From the IMG/VR virus record IMGVR_UViG_3300029286_000011: a stretch of 64,000 nucleotides of DNA; one strand, given 5' to 3'. This DNA comes from a virus. Its lineage: Duplodnaviria; Caudoviricetes. The position numbers were made by a program, and so were the translations under genes. Of the stretch, positions 9,487 to 19,019 are shown piece by piece (position 1 is the first letter of the stretch; each line of letters opens with the position of its first letter). The notes below the pieces were generated by a model that was given only the letters and a program-made list of their open reading frames with translations, did not search any database and was not told the origin of the DNA.

Positions 9487-10785
9487 TTCTGTTGTCCGAG
9501 TGTGTGGTTACTAGCAGTGGTTGATGTTATCGAGACTGATGGTTACTAGCGCGAAGTGATGTTGTCAGTGCCAATGGTTACTCACGGTGCATGCTGTTGT
9601 CTTGTGGTTTGGTTACTCGTTCTGCCTGATGTTGTCTTGTTTTTTGATTACTTGCATCCCATGCAGTTGTCAATGGCTGTGGTTACTCACACTTATTGCT
9701 GTTGTCGCCATCAATGATTACTTCCGATGACTGCGGTTGTCTCAGGTGCTGATTACGCGTGGGGATTCAATTGAGTGGATGTTGTCAGCGCTAAGGATTA
9801 CTCGACGAGGATGCTGTTGTCTGGGGGCATGGTTACTCGTGGACGATGCTGTTGTCCGGTAGGTTGATTACTCGTTTGACCTGCTGTTATTGGGTCCAAT
9901 GATTACTCGCACGGGTTGATGTTATCTTTCTTCCTTGGTTACTCGCGGTACTTGAGGTTATCGTCGTCGGTGGTTACTCAACGTCGGTGATGTTATCGAC
10001 TTGATTGGCTGTTCTGCGTTAGTGCTGTTATCGGTTGATCTGATTACTCGGACATTGTGATGTTGTCTGGGAGCAGTGGCTACTCTCGGAGGGTGCTGTT
10101 GTCTGGGAGCATGATTACTAAACAGTCGTGCTGTCGTCGCTTGGCTTGATTACTCGCTGTCAATGATGTTGTCTGTGGGGCTGATTACTCGGACATTGTG
10201 CTGTTGTCTGGGAGCATGATTACTAAACAGTCGTGCTGTCGTCGCTTGGCTTGATTACTCTCGGAGCATGATGTTATCGATGCGTTTGGTTACACGAGTG
10301 TAATGCTGTTGTCACGGTCTTTGGTTACTCGGACAGCGTGATGTTGTCTGGAGCAGTGGTTATTTGGCCTGCGTGATGTTGTCTGGACCGATGATTACTC
10401 GCCACCAATGCTGTTGTCGTAAGGTGTGATTACTCGTGGACGGTGATGTTATCCGGTAAAGTGGTTACTTCAGGGGTCTGCTGTTGTCACGGCATTTGGT
10501 TACTCAAACTATGTGATGTTATCGTGGCGTGTGATTACTCAAGTCGCATGCTATTGTCTGAGACTTTGATTACTCCGGGTGCGTGCTGTTGTCTGGGACA
10601 TTGGTTACTCCGGGTGCGTGCTGTTGTCTGGGACCTTGATTACTCTCTGAAGATGCTGTTGTCGTATCAACTGGTTACTACAGCGTGGTGATGTTGTCTC
10701 GGGCCTTGGTTACTCCTGGCGACTGATGTTGTCTTAACGCGTGAGTGCTCAAACCTAATGCAGTTATCATAGTGTGTGAATGCTT
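9487..10785 (-). ncRNA. TIGR-like dual-repeat/dual-spacer array (36 x 35 bp), putative guide-RNA array
   Basis: + strand unit TGRTTACTC-N8-TGMTGTTRTC-N8, repeat starts at 9505, 9540 ... 10707, 10742; not a multiple of 3, no long ORF; fills the gap between two minus-strand genes. The array itself is certain; the guide-RNA function is inferred. Confidence 0.75.
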
Positions 10786-10795
10786 AGGGAAAGTA

Positions 10796-13762
10796 TCAGG
10801 CGCTCGGGGCAACGGTTGTTGCCTGTTGCGATTTAGCTCGAATCTGTGCCAGAGCAGGCTTAAGCTGCTTAAGAATATAGTTCTGCATTGTTTCGCTCTT
10901 ATTAGCCCGCTGCAGTAACGCCAGGGTCTTCTCAGGCGTGTAGCCATACTTGGCCATGGATGTCATCAACTCCTTGTATTCCTCTGGTGTGACCTTCAGA
11001 TCATTCATGAGCCAGGGGAATTGCTGCTGAGCGGCAATGAATTCAGGCGAACCTACAGCCGCCGCAGGTGCAGCGCTGGGCACCGGACTTTCAGCGCCTG
11101 GAACTGGCACAGCTGACGGAGTAGGCGTCTCTTCACCACCCGCGCTAGCAGGCACAGCAGCTGCCTCAGGCGGTACGGCAGGAGCCTCAGGCTGCTTGCC
11201 GCCGAGGTACTGTCCGATTGGGCCGGGTATGTTGTGGCCAAACAAGCCTAATGCACCAAGGCCGAGGCCGGCTGCCATAGGCAATCCGCCACCTTCGCCT
11301 GATGCAGCTTGGTATCCGCCGTACAGCAACGGCAGTATAGCCATCGTCGTCATCCACTTCTGCTGTGGGGACAAATGGCCATATCCAAGCATCTCGAATA
11401 TCGGATCGAAAGGCGTTGTCTGTGCGGGTTGCTCAGGTGTTACCGTGCCCGTCACGTTAGCCTTGGGCAGCTTCTCCAACGGTGCGGCAGGCTCTGGCGA
11501 TGCAGGCTGCGCTGAAGGCGCATTGCTGCCAGGTACACCCATATCTGGCATAGGCACCGGAGGAACTGCACCCTTGGGCATAGGCATCTGAGGCATTGGT
11601 ACTGGCGGTACAGCGCCCTTAGGCCCAGGGTATTGAGGCATAGGCACTGGCGGCACCTTGCCAGGCGTCATGGGATTTGTCTGGGGGTTAGGCTGCGCTG
11701 GAGCTGCAGGCTCAACTCGAAGGGCGTTGTCTGCTGGAGTACCGGCCTGCTCTTCATGATGTTTGATTATCGCCTGTACCAATTCGTTATTGGGATCTGA
11801 CGCCATGTCATCAACAAGCTTGTTAGCGCCTACATCATGCGCCCTGTCGATCAATGCATCGGCTGTGGCTAGACCAGCGCCCATGCTCAATGTCTTGTTG
11901 GCCATAGGTCCGACAACAGGCGTTTGCGGATGCAGGCTCAGAGCCTTCAATCCCTTATCCACTATGCCATTTCTGCTTATGAGCTGCCTGCCCTTACCTG
12001 CGCGAAGAGAAGCACGAAGTCCACCGGCACTTCCACCAACCAATCCGCCGGCAAGAGCCATATCGCTGTCTTCACCTGTTATGGCCTTATTGCCAACGTC
12101 ATAGGCAAAGCCGGCGCCACTACCACGAATTGCACCGCCCAGCGTGTTATCGACTATCGTTCGCGGTACACGCGGCAGGGACTTCGTTATGCCCTTCACA
12201 GCGCCATGAGCTGCACCAAGACCGCCGAGCGTATTGGCAAACGTGCCATCTTCTTTGCCAGTAATCTTGTCTAAGCCGGCACCCAAGGCATAACCACCAG
12301 CGCCCTGTGCAACAGGCTTAACGACAAGGTTCTTCACAAGGCCGGGTGTTTTATCGGCTACAGACTTGGTTGCTTTGACAGTTGCCGACGGTATGGCTTT
12401 AATGGTTCCTTTAACGATATCAGTAAGGCCGCTGAGCTTGATCAATGGCATGAGATCATCGGCAGACTCAGGCGTGACTCGTATGGCCGTTTCAGCGGCC
12501 TTGATGATGTCTGCATTCATGTAGCCCTTGTCAGTCAGCGTGAACAGGAAACTGAGGGCAAAGTCGGACAGTTCAGCCAGCTTCTCTGTGCTGTCATCGT
12601 CCTTGCACACACAAGGCGACAGATTGCACGTTTCACACAGATTGCGATCAACAGGGATCGTCTTATGTTCACTGGCTTTGGCAAGCATGGCAGAGTTCTC
12701 CAAGTCTTTAGGTTTAACGAGCGACTTGTACAGTTGGCGGCCTATTTCACCGGCACCTACCAGTGAGCCACCTATTCCAAGCCGTCGAAGACCGCTAGGT
12801 AATTTACGAATGAACGGCAGCGGATTGAGTCCGGTGAACGTATTGATAGCTGATGGCACCATCTGGATTGCTGTGGGCGCTGCAGCTACAGTCTTAGACA
12901 AACCCTTGCGTGCCACAGGGCTAGTCATGACGTCTGCAAATAGACTCATAAGCTGGCGGCGACTGATCGGCTCGTTGTGGCTGACACTGGCCAGCGTGCT
13001 GATCATAGTTGGTGATATACCCTTAAAGGCCTTGCGACCTATCAAATTCTGTACAGCGCCTATAGCTGCCCTTGGTATGGCTGCTGACTTCTCGGCAGCC
13101 CTCACAGGCAATTGATTAGACGCAAGCAATGTACGCAACACAGCTCTACGCGCCTTTGTAGCCGCAGGATTCATGCCACGATTTATTCGGGTGTTCTGTA
13201 GGGCTGTGATCAGAGAACGAAAGCGTATATTCTGCAAGGCTGATCGTGTGTCTGTACCTCGCTCTTCATCCGATACAGGATCACCGACCTCACCAGTGCC
13301 GAAGTATGTGCGACTGCCACGATACTTAGCTCGACGTGCATCGTTAGCCTGATTAGTCCATTCGAATGTAACCGGATCAATAGGCAGCAAACGAGGATTG
13401 TGCAGCTTGTAGCCTGCCTCTTCTATGAACTCACGAGCACCCGCCTGCTCCAACGTCTCACCGTCTTCAACGCCGCCACCAAATGCACCATGGTTCTTGT
13501 CCTGATCGTAATAACCGCCAAGAACTTTGCCCGCCTGATTAAGGCCGAACATCTCTATTCGATCACGGTACGGACGCGAGTCATCAGCCTTTTTCTTAGC
13601 TTTCGGAGACTTGATCTTCTTGATCACGTTGGTGTCCTTCTTCGACTTGTCGATAGGCTTGCTAGGCTTGTCGATACGCAGCTTGCCAGGCACGCTGTCC
13701 TGCAGCTTACCAATAGGCTGCATGCCCTGCGTCATCAGCGCTATGAGCTGGCTTAGTGTCAT
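10796..13762 (-). CDS. large putative virion protein with N-terminal Nudix hydrolase domain, Gly-rich and Pro-rich regions
   Basis: Nudix box GGGVEDGETLEQAGAREFIEEAG; Gly/Ala-rich hydrophobic repeats; PVPMP repeats. Confidence 0.75.
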   Translation of the reverse strand: MTLSQLIALMTQGMQPIGKLQDSVPGKLRIDKPSKPIDKSKKDTNVIKKIKSPKAKKKADDSRPYRDRIEMFGLNQAGKVLGGYYDQDKNHGAFGGGVEDGETLEQAGAREFIEEAGYKLHNPRLLPIDPVTFEWTNQANDARRAKYRGSRTYFGTGEVGDPVSDEERGTDTRSALQNIRFRSLITALQNTRINRGMNPAATKARRAVLRTLLASNQLPVRAAEKSAAIPRAAIGAVQNLIGRKAFKGISPTMISTLASVSHNEPISRRQLMSLFADVMTSPVARKGLSKTVAAAPTAIQMVPSAINTFTGLNPLPFIRKLPSGLRRLGIGGSLVGAGEIGRQLYKSLVKPKDLENSAMLAKASEHKTIPVDRNLCETCNLSPCVCKDDDSTEKLAELSDFALSFLFTLTDKGYMNADIIKAAETAIRVTPESADDLMPLIKLSGLTDIVKGTIKAIPSATVKATKSVADKTPGLVKNLVVKPVAQGAGGYALGAGLDKITGKEDGTFANTLGGLGAAHGAVKGITKSLPRVPRTIVDNTLGGAIRGSGAGFAYDVGNKAITGEDSDMALAGGLVGGSAGGLRASLRAGKGRQLISRNGIVDKGLKALSLHPQTPVVGPMANKTLSMGAGLATADALIDRAHDVGANKLVDDMASDPNNELVQAIIKHHEEQAGTPADNALRVEPAAPAQPNPQTNPMTPGKVPPVPMPQYPGPKGAVPPVPMPQMPMPKGAVPPVPMPDMGVPGSNAPSAQPASPEPAAPLEKLPKANVTGTVTPEQPAQTTPFDPIFEMLGYGHLSPQQKWMTTMAILPLLYGGYQAASGEGGGLPMAAGLGLGALGLFGHNIPGPIGQYLGGKQPEAPAVPPEAAAVPASAGGEETPTPSAVPVPGAESPVPSAAPAAAVGSPEFIAAQQQFPWLMNDLKVTPEEYKELMTSMAKYGYTPEKTLALLQRANKSETMQNYILKQLKPALAQIRAKSQQATTVAPSA

Positions 13763-13820
13763 GCTACTTGCCTTCTAGCACCCGTCACGCGAATGTGGTT
13801 GAGGACCCGCATATGCGGCC

Positions 13821-14522
13821 TCACATTGTCACTACTACTTCCCATTGAGCTACCACATCGGGGTTCAAGTCGCGGATCGGTTTAGGCCCGAGCTTCTCAT
13901 CGTACTTGACAGTGTCTACTGGGGAATCAATGGGTACCACACACGGGTCATCGGTGGACCGTACACAGCGGCCAGCCAGGAGCTTCATCGCAATCGACGA
14001 GCGTCCAACGCCACTCTTGTACTCGTTGATGACTTGCACCACGTCTGAGACGAGCACGTGGCATTTGTGTCCGTGCCATACGGACCAAGAGAATCGCAGG
14101 CCCATGGCCCTGAGAACACCCTCGCCGGTGTCCTTGTCCTGCTCGAAGCTGGGCATTCTGATCCACACGCCCTTCCTGGCCTTGCGAAGCATGACCTGAA
14201 TCACCGCGCTAACCCATTCCATGTTGGGCAGGTGCTCCAAGAAGTCCCAGGCCAGATAGTAATCCGCCTCGGGCAGCTCTTCCAAAGCACCGTCTGCCGT
14301 GAGATCCAAGCACCGAAAGCGCAACCTACGAGACTCAAGATCCGCTCGAAAGCGTTCCTGTATGTCGATTCCCAGGCACTCGGCCGGGTCGATGCTGCGT
14401 ACAAGCGGTCCGTAGTACATCGACCCGCGACGGATGAACTCAGTAATGCCGTTGCCCAGTTTGCATCCCAGTTCAACCACCTTCAGCGTCGTTTCCGTCA
14501 TTGATTGCTGTGCATATGCCAT
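13821..14522 (-). CDS. SAM-dependent methyltransferase
   Basis: VVELGCKLG, LGIDI, DYYLAWDFLEHLP. Confidence 0.75.
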   Translation of the reverse strand: MAYAQQSMTETTLKVVELGCKLGNGITEFIRRGSMYYGPLVRSIDPAECLGIDIQERFRADLESRRLRFRCLDLTADGALEELPEADYYLAWDFLEHLPNMEWVSAVIQVMLRKARKGVWIRMPSFEQDKDTGEGVLRAMGLRFSWSVWHGHKCHVLVSDVVQVINEYKSGVGRSSIAMKLLAGRCVRSTDDPCVVPIDSPVDTVKYDEKLGPKPIRDLNPDVVAQWEVVVTM

Positions 14523-14524
14523 CG

Positions 14525-16399
14525 TCAGCCTCCGTTGACCAGCCTTGCATATGCGCAGCAGAACTTCATCGAGGCCTGCTTGTCGTCCAGCCCCAGCGTC
14601 TTGACCTTCTTCTTAGGCCGCATGGCTTTGTACGCACCAATGCCGCCAAGACCAACCAAGCTAGCTGCACCAAGCCCTGTAGGCCACGGATACTTCTTAG
14701 CGAAGTCCATAGGTGCCTTAGTGAACTCACCCCAGCTTGCGCCAGGATTCTCAGCCAGCTCACTGAACTGTGATACAGGGGCCTTACGCCACTCTGCCAA
14801 CAATTCGTCGTACGCCGTCTGATCCTTAGCGCCAGCCAGCGTAGATTGCAGTATCGACTGCGGTGTAATAGGCCGCTGACTAACAGCCGTCGTGAACTCG
14901 GGGCTATGCTCAAACACAGGCTTAACCGGTGCAAGCATATTGCGGATTTCTTCCAAGCTAGGCAATGCACTTTTGACTGCAGCAGTCTTCTTCTTTGCCT
15001 TGGGCTTTGCCTTGGACTTGGCTTTTTCCTTTGCTACCTCGTCCGCTTCGAATTCGTCTGTAAGCCGCCACGACTCAAACTCATCTGCCGGTGTAGCAGG
15101 ATCGGCAGCATCAGAGTCCGTATAACGTGATGGATTCATATCCCGTAGCGCCATGGAGGCAAGCATCGAACGCAGATAAGGGTTGTTCACCTTTGTCGGA
15201 GCATAACTACGATCTATCGCCCGTCCAACAGTGGCATAGTCACGTGCCGGAGATGAGAACAATCGCGTTAGCATTCGCGGCTCTTTTGTACGTGCTGCAT
15301 CCAGAAAGATCTGCCCCAAACCGCCGGCAGAGTCATGAATGTTGGATGCAATGGGCACAGGCTTGGCGAGATCCTTCCAGAATATACCGGCCGCTTTCTC
15401 TTTAGACTCTTCAGACTCGTCAGGCGTCATATAGAGGCCACCTAGATAACCACCAAGACCACCCAATGCACCGCCAAGAGCACCGGCATGCGGATTGTCA
15501 TTGGCAGCCAGACCCAGGTTGCTACCGACATTAAATCCAAGGCCAGCCAGCAATCCACGAATGGAACCCTTACGCCCATTCGCCAATGCACCAACGCCTG
15601 CACCGATCATAGGCGCAGCCGCCATGCTACCGGCAGCACCAGCCGGGCCTGAATGCAACAATGCATCATTAGCACTTACAGCCTCGTTGCCGAGTGTGCC
15701 TATCAATGCGCCCAATGCACCACCGCCAATCGAAGCGCGTTTGCACGATACAGCAGCACGTTTTCCTAGCGATGATACCTTCATAGTATCTTCCTGCGTT
15801 TTTTGGGTTTTCGACTTCCTGTTCTTACCCGGTTTATCTGGCTTAACACCAGCAGGCGGACGCTTGTAACTATCCGTGGCCATACCTGCCAATGAAGCGG
15901 GCGTTAAACCAACGGAGACGCATGTAGAGGCCACCTTAGGCCCTGCAGGCGTAATTGGGCGCTTAAGTCCCTGAGAGCCCTGTGAGGGCCCACCGGGCCA
16001 ACCTGGAATTCCTGTAGGCTGACTATGCACTTCAGGCATCATATTGATATCCGGCACCTGTTCAGTAACCGGACCTTGCCCAGGAGCATACGTAACACTG
16101 CCCTGTGAGTTAGGCATGAATCCCTTCGTCGGTGCCTGCGGAGGCATAGGTGCGGGTGCAGCCTGCGGAGGTGGAGCCTGAGGAGCTTGCTGTGGTTGAG
16201 GAGCAGCTGGCTGAGGAGTAATCGTCCTCTGCTGCTGTATAGCCGCTGCCTCCTGCACACCCTGTGTCGTAGCTGCACCACCAGGACCACCAGGACCAGA
16301 TGTAGCGGCAGCATTAACACCCATAGCCGTAGCCGTAGGCGTTGCAGGCCTAAGAGTCATATTCTGCATAGCTGGTTGCGTGCCAGGTGCAAGTGACAT
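14525..16399 (-). CDS. Pro/Gln/Gly-rich putative virion protein
   Basis: 624-aa low-complexity ORF with glycine-zipper-like segments and K-x-A motifs. Confidence 0.65.
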   Translation of the reverse strand: MSLAPGTQPAMQNMTLRPATPTATAMGVNAAATSGPGGPGGAATTQGVQEAAAIQQQRTITPQPAAPQPQQAPQAPPPQAAPAPMPPQAPTKGFMPNSQGSVTYAPGQGPVTEQVPDINMMPEVHSQPTGIPGWPGGPSQGSQGLKRPITPAGPKVASTCVSVGLTPASLAGMATDSYKRPPAGVKPDKPGKNRKSKTQKTQEDTMKVSSLGKRAAVSCKRASIGGGALGALIGTLGNEAVSANDALLHSGPAGAAGSMAAAPMIGAGVGALANGRKGSIRGLLAGLGFNVGSNLGLAANDNPHAGALGGALGGLGGYLGGLYMTPDESEESKEKAAGIFWKDLAKPVPIASNIHDSAGGLGQIFLDAARTKEPRMLTRLFSSPARDYATVGRAIDRSYAPTKVNNPYLRSMLASMALRDMNPSRYTDSDAADPATPADEFESWRLTDEFEADEVAKEKAKSKAKPKAKKKTAAVKSALPSLEEIRNMLAPVKPVFEHSPEFTTAVSQRPITPQSILQSTLAGAKDQTAYDELLAEWRKAPVSQFSELAENPGASWGEFTKAPMDFAKKYPWPTGLGAASLVGLGGIGAYKAMRPKKKVKTLGLDDKQASMKFCCAYARLVNGG

Positions 16400-16440
16400 A
16401 AGACAATGCTCCCTTCCTGGGAAGAAAAGACGTATAGATG

Positions 16441-18750
16441 TTACTTGCTGCCAGTGCAGTAAGCACGCACACCAACCTTAGCCAAGCGAATGGAAAGCTC
16501 AGCCTGTTGAGAAGCTGTCTTCTCTGGGTACGTTAGACCTACAGCCGTACGTACGTCGTTCAGATCATGTATGCGCTGTGCAAGCTTTACGAGTGTGACA
16601 AAAGCCTGCTGCTTCCTGTACGGCCATGCACGCTTGATAATAGTCTCTGCCAATGCGTGCAAGATGGCCGTCTTCTCTGCGGACAAGTGCATACCGTACT
16701 TACGACGTGACTGTATGAAACGACGAATCGGGCCATTGCCATTAAATATGCGGCGACGGCCATAGGACGCAGGATAACCACTCGCAGGCGTAGCAGGAGC
16801 CTGTACGGGTTCCTCTATCGTGTCCTTTATGTTGGCCATAGCCGATGCAGGAGCCGCGTCATCCATAGTGAAATTGGCTGCAGGATGCTCAGGTGCAGCT
16901 GCAAGCATATTGCCACCGTTAGGCGCAGGTGCTGATGCAGGAGATGGAGGAGCCATCATAGAAGCTGCACCTATGCCAAGCCTAGAAGCCAGCGATCCGC
17001 CATAAAGCGATCCAGCAGGTGCGGCAGCATTCGCAGCAGCCATACCTTCTATGGGCGCAGATGCACCAATAGAGATAGGCGGCTTGGGAACACTGGCACT
17101 CATAGAGGCCATACCAGGTATAGGCGCAGATGCACCAACAGACAAAGGCTCAGGAGTCGGCGCAGGAGCCTGCGGTGCAGCCATAGGCCTGGGCGCATAC
17201 ATAGGAGCCTGCCTACGGAAACCAAAACGAGCGCTAGTCTTCATCGATAACGGTTTCGCAGGCTTGGGTAGGCTAGATGCAGTTACAGGAGAAGGCTTAG
17301 GCTTGTATCCACCCTGCCACATATTCGTCGGGAAATCCGGTGCCGCCATGGGCTTCGGTGCCGAAGGTGTTACAGAGATCGAACGCTTAGGCGCTTGCGC
17401 AACAGGTGCAGGTGCAGGAGGAGGCTTAGGTACAGATCCGTACGTATCGACATTAGCACTAGGTAGCGGTGTAGACGCTCCTGGGGCCAGCCTAGCACCA
17501 GGAACCGTAGGAGCAGGAGCAGCCGGTTGAGTCGCTTGAGGTGCCGGTGCTGGAGGTTTCGGTAACGGCGGCGGCGCTGGAGGCGGCACAGTGTCTTTCA
17601 CATTAGCCATTGCTACAGGAGCAGGTGCAGCCTGCGGAACAGGCCTTTGTACATAAGTGCTGCCCATCTGATTACGTGCATTGTTGCCCGTGACGTTAAT
17701 GGCCGCAGCCGTACCAAGACCAGCCACATCAGGCATAGGGCCAGCTGTGGGCATAGGATTGGCAGCAGCTATATCCGCAGGTATCGGAATAGCTCCAGGT
17801 CCGTTGTACGAAGGCATACCAGGAGCTGTGCCAGACATGACAGTAGACTGACGAGGACGGTACGCAGGGCCACCAGCATTAGCAATGGCCCGTGTTTCAC
17901 TCTGTAGCTGCCTGAACGCTGGGTCAGACTGCAAACGACCTCTCGTAGCTGCGTGCAAACCATTGGCAGACGAGTCCACAGACGGCGGTGGGCCAGAGAA
18001 TGTCTTCTGAGCAATAGGTGACTCTTGACCACCCATAGCACCACCAAGATCGGCTGTAGACTTAGCCTGTGCATACTCGCGTGTAGCTGCACGATCAGCC
18101 TGCAGCTGCTGTATCTGCTCCGGTGTGAAGCGATCACTCACATTGCCGCCATAACGCTTCAATGCCTCAGGGCTGGCATTACGAAGCGTACTGCGCATGT
18201 AACGACGCTCACGAGCAGCCATCTCTTCACCACGATTGCCAAGACGACCCCAGTTGGCCGGCAAAGGCTCTGCTTGTCCCTTAGCCTGAACAGGCGCAGG
18301 TGCAGGGGCAGGCTCAGGTGTCGGCTCAGGAACAGGATCTTTGATGTTGGCTACGGCCGGTGCAGGAGTTGGCTCAGGCGCAGGTGCCGGAACCGGAGGA
18401 GGCGGCGGTGTAGACACGGGCTGCCATGACGGCGTGCCAAAAAAGGCCGAGGCCGCAGATTGGCCAAGCATTGCGTCGGATAAGCCACGATCTGTATTGC
18501 CAGAAGAGCTTAGTCCAAATAGCGGTACGCCGTTGGCAGGACCGACAGTGAACTCAGGCGCAGGATTGGCTCGCCTGGCATCCAGCTGCGGTGTATTGCC
18601 GCGTGCAGGTCCTGGCTGAGTCAAAGGCGTGTACGGCCGATTGGTAGACAGCGAGTTAGCAATGCTGTCCAATGCCGATGAGGTTGCCTTTGAGCTATCG
18701 GGCAGCGAGGCAGCGAGCTGACCTAGATCCGACACGTTGACAATTGGCAT
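16441..18750 (-). CDS. Pro/Ala-rich putative virion protein
   Basis: long ORF, likely start MPIVNV at 18750; internal repeats AN(I/V)KD x3 and S(V/I)GASAPI x2. Confidence 0.65.
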   Translation of the reverse strand: MPIVNVSDLGQLAASLPDSSKATSSALDSIANSLSTNRPYTPLTQPGPARGNTPQLDARRANPAPEFTVGPANGVPLFGLSSSGNTDRGLSDAMLGQSAASAFFGTPSWQPVSTPPPPPVPAPAPEPTPAPAVANIKDPVPEPTPEPAPAPAPVQAKGQAEPLPANWGRLGNRGEEMAARERRYMRSTLRNASPEALKRYGGNVSDRFTPEQIQQLQADRAATREYAQAKSTADLGGAMGGQESPIAQKTFSGPPPSVDSSANGLHAATRGRLQSDPAFRQLQSETRAIANAGGPAYRPRQSTVMSGTAPGMPSYNGPGAIPIPADIAAANPMPTAGPMPDVAGLGTAAAINVTGNNARNQMGSTYVQRPVPQAAPAPVAMANVKDTVPPPAPPPLPKPPAPAPQATQPAAPAPTVPGARLAPGASTPLPSANVDTYGSVPKPPPAPAPVAQAPKRSISVTPSAPKPMAAPDFPTNMWQGGYKPKPSPVTASSLPKPAKPLSMKTSARFGFRRQAPMYAPRPMAAPQAPAPTPEPLSVGASAPIPGMASMSASVPKPPISIGASAPIEGMAAANAAAPAGSLYGGSLASRLGIGAASMMAPPSPASAPAPNGGNMLAAAPEHPAANFTMDDAAPASAMANIKDTIEEPVQAPATPASGYPASYGRRRIFNGNGPIRRFIQSRRKYGMHLSAEKTAILHALAETIIKRAWPYRKQQAFVTLVKLAQRIHDLNDVRTAVGLTYPEKTASQQAELSIRLAKVGVRAYCTGSK

Positions 18751-18752
18751 TA

Positions 18753-19019
18753 CTAAGCTCCTACGGGATCCGTCCCCGAAATGTTGTTCAACAGAGCAAC
18801 GCACAGCTGATTAAGGCTTGTGCGCCGTTTGTGCGATTCGTCCTTGAGCGCCTGATGCAATGCGGCAGGTATACGCAATGATACCGGCCGCATGTCCATG
18901 GTCTGTAATTGACCAAAGTCGACAAGCTGCCGAGTGGACTGTAGTTCGTAGAGTTCGTTTATGGCGTTGGCAATCTCTTGCAGACGCCCTTCCGTGTCGT
19001 CGGAACGGAATACAAACAT
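18753..19019 (-). CDS. ribbon-helix-helix DNA-binding protein
   Basis: RPVSLRIPAALHQALKDESHKRRTSLNQLCVALL (Arc/HicB C-terminal-like). Confidence 0.7.
   Translation of the reverse strand: MFVFRSDDTEGRLQEIANAINELYELQSTRQLVDFGQLQTMDMRPVSLRIPAALHQALKDESHKRRTSLNQLCVALLNNISGTDPVGA

Noticed and set aside
9531-9542. 12-nt match CGAGACTGATGG to the minus strand near 19709-19720
   Set aside because: Includes repeat bases, involves only one spacer, and several such matches are expected by chance.
10443-10691. Array as a repeat-protein gene or a recoded-stop gene
   Set aside because: A 35-bp period shifts frame each unit, so the minus-strand TAA hits every frame; TGG/TGA variation on + does not track a frame; other genes use all three stops normally.
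10766-10771. TATGAT as a -10 box for the array
   Set aside because: It lies inside a degenerate array unit (10742-10776) and has no -35 match.
9487-10785. CRISPR array interpretation
   Set aside because: Repeats are 9-10 nt and alternate between two types, spacers are only 8 nt, and no cas1/cas2 or effector genes are present.
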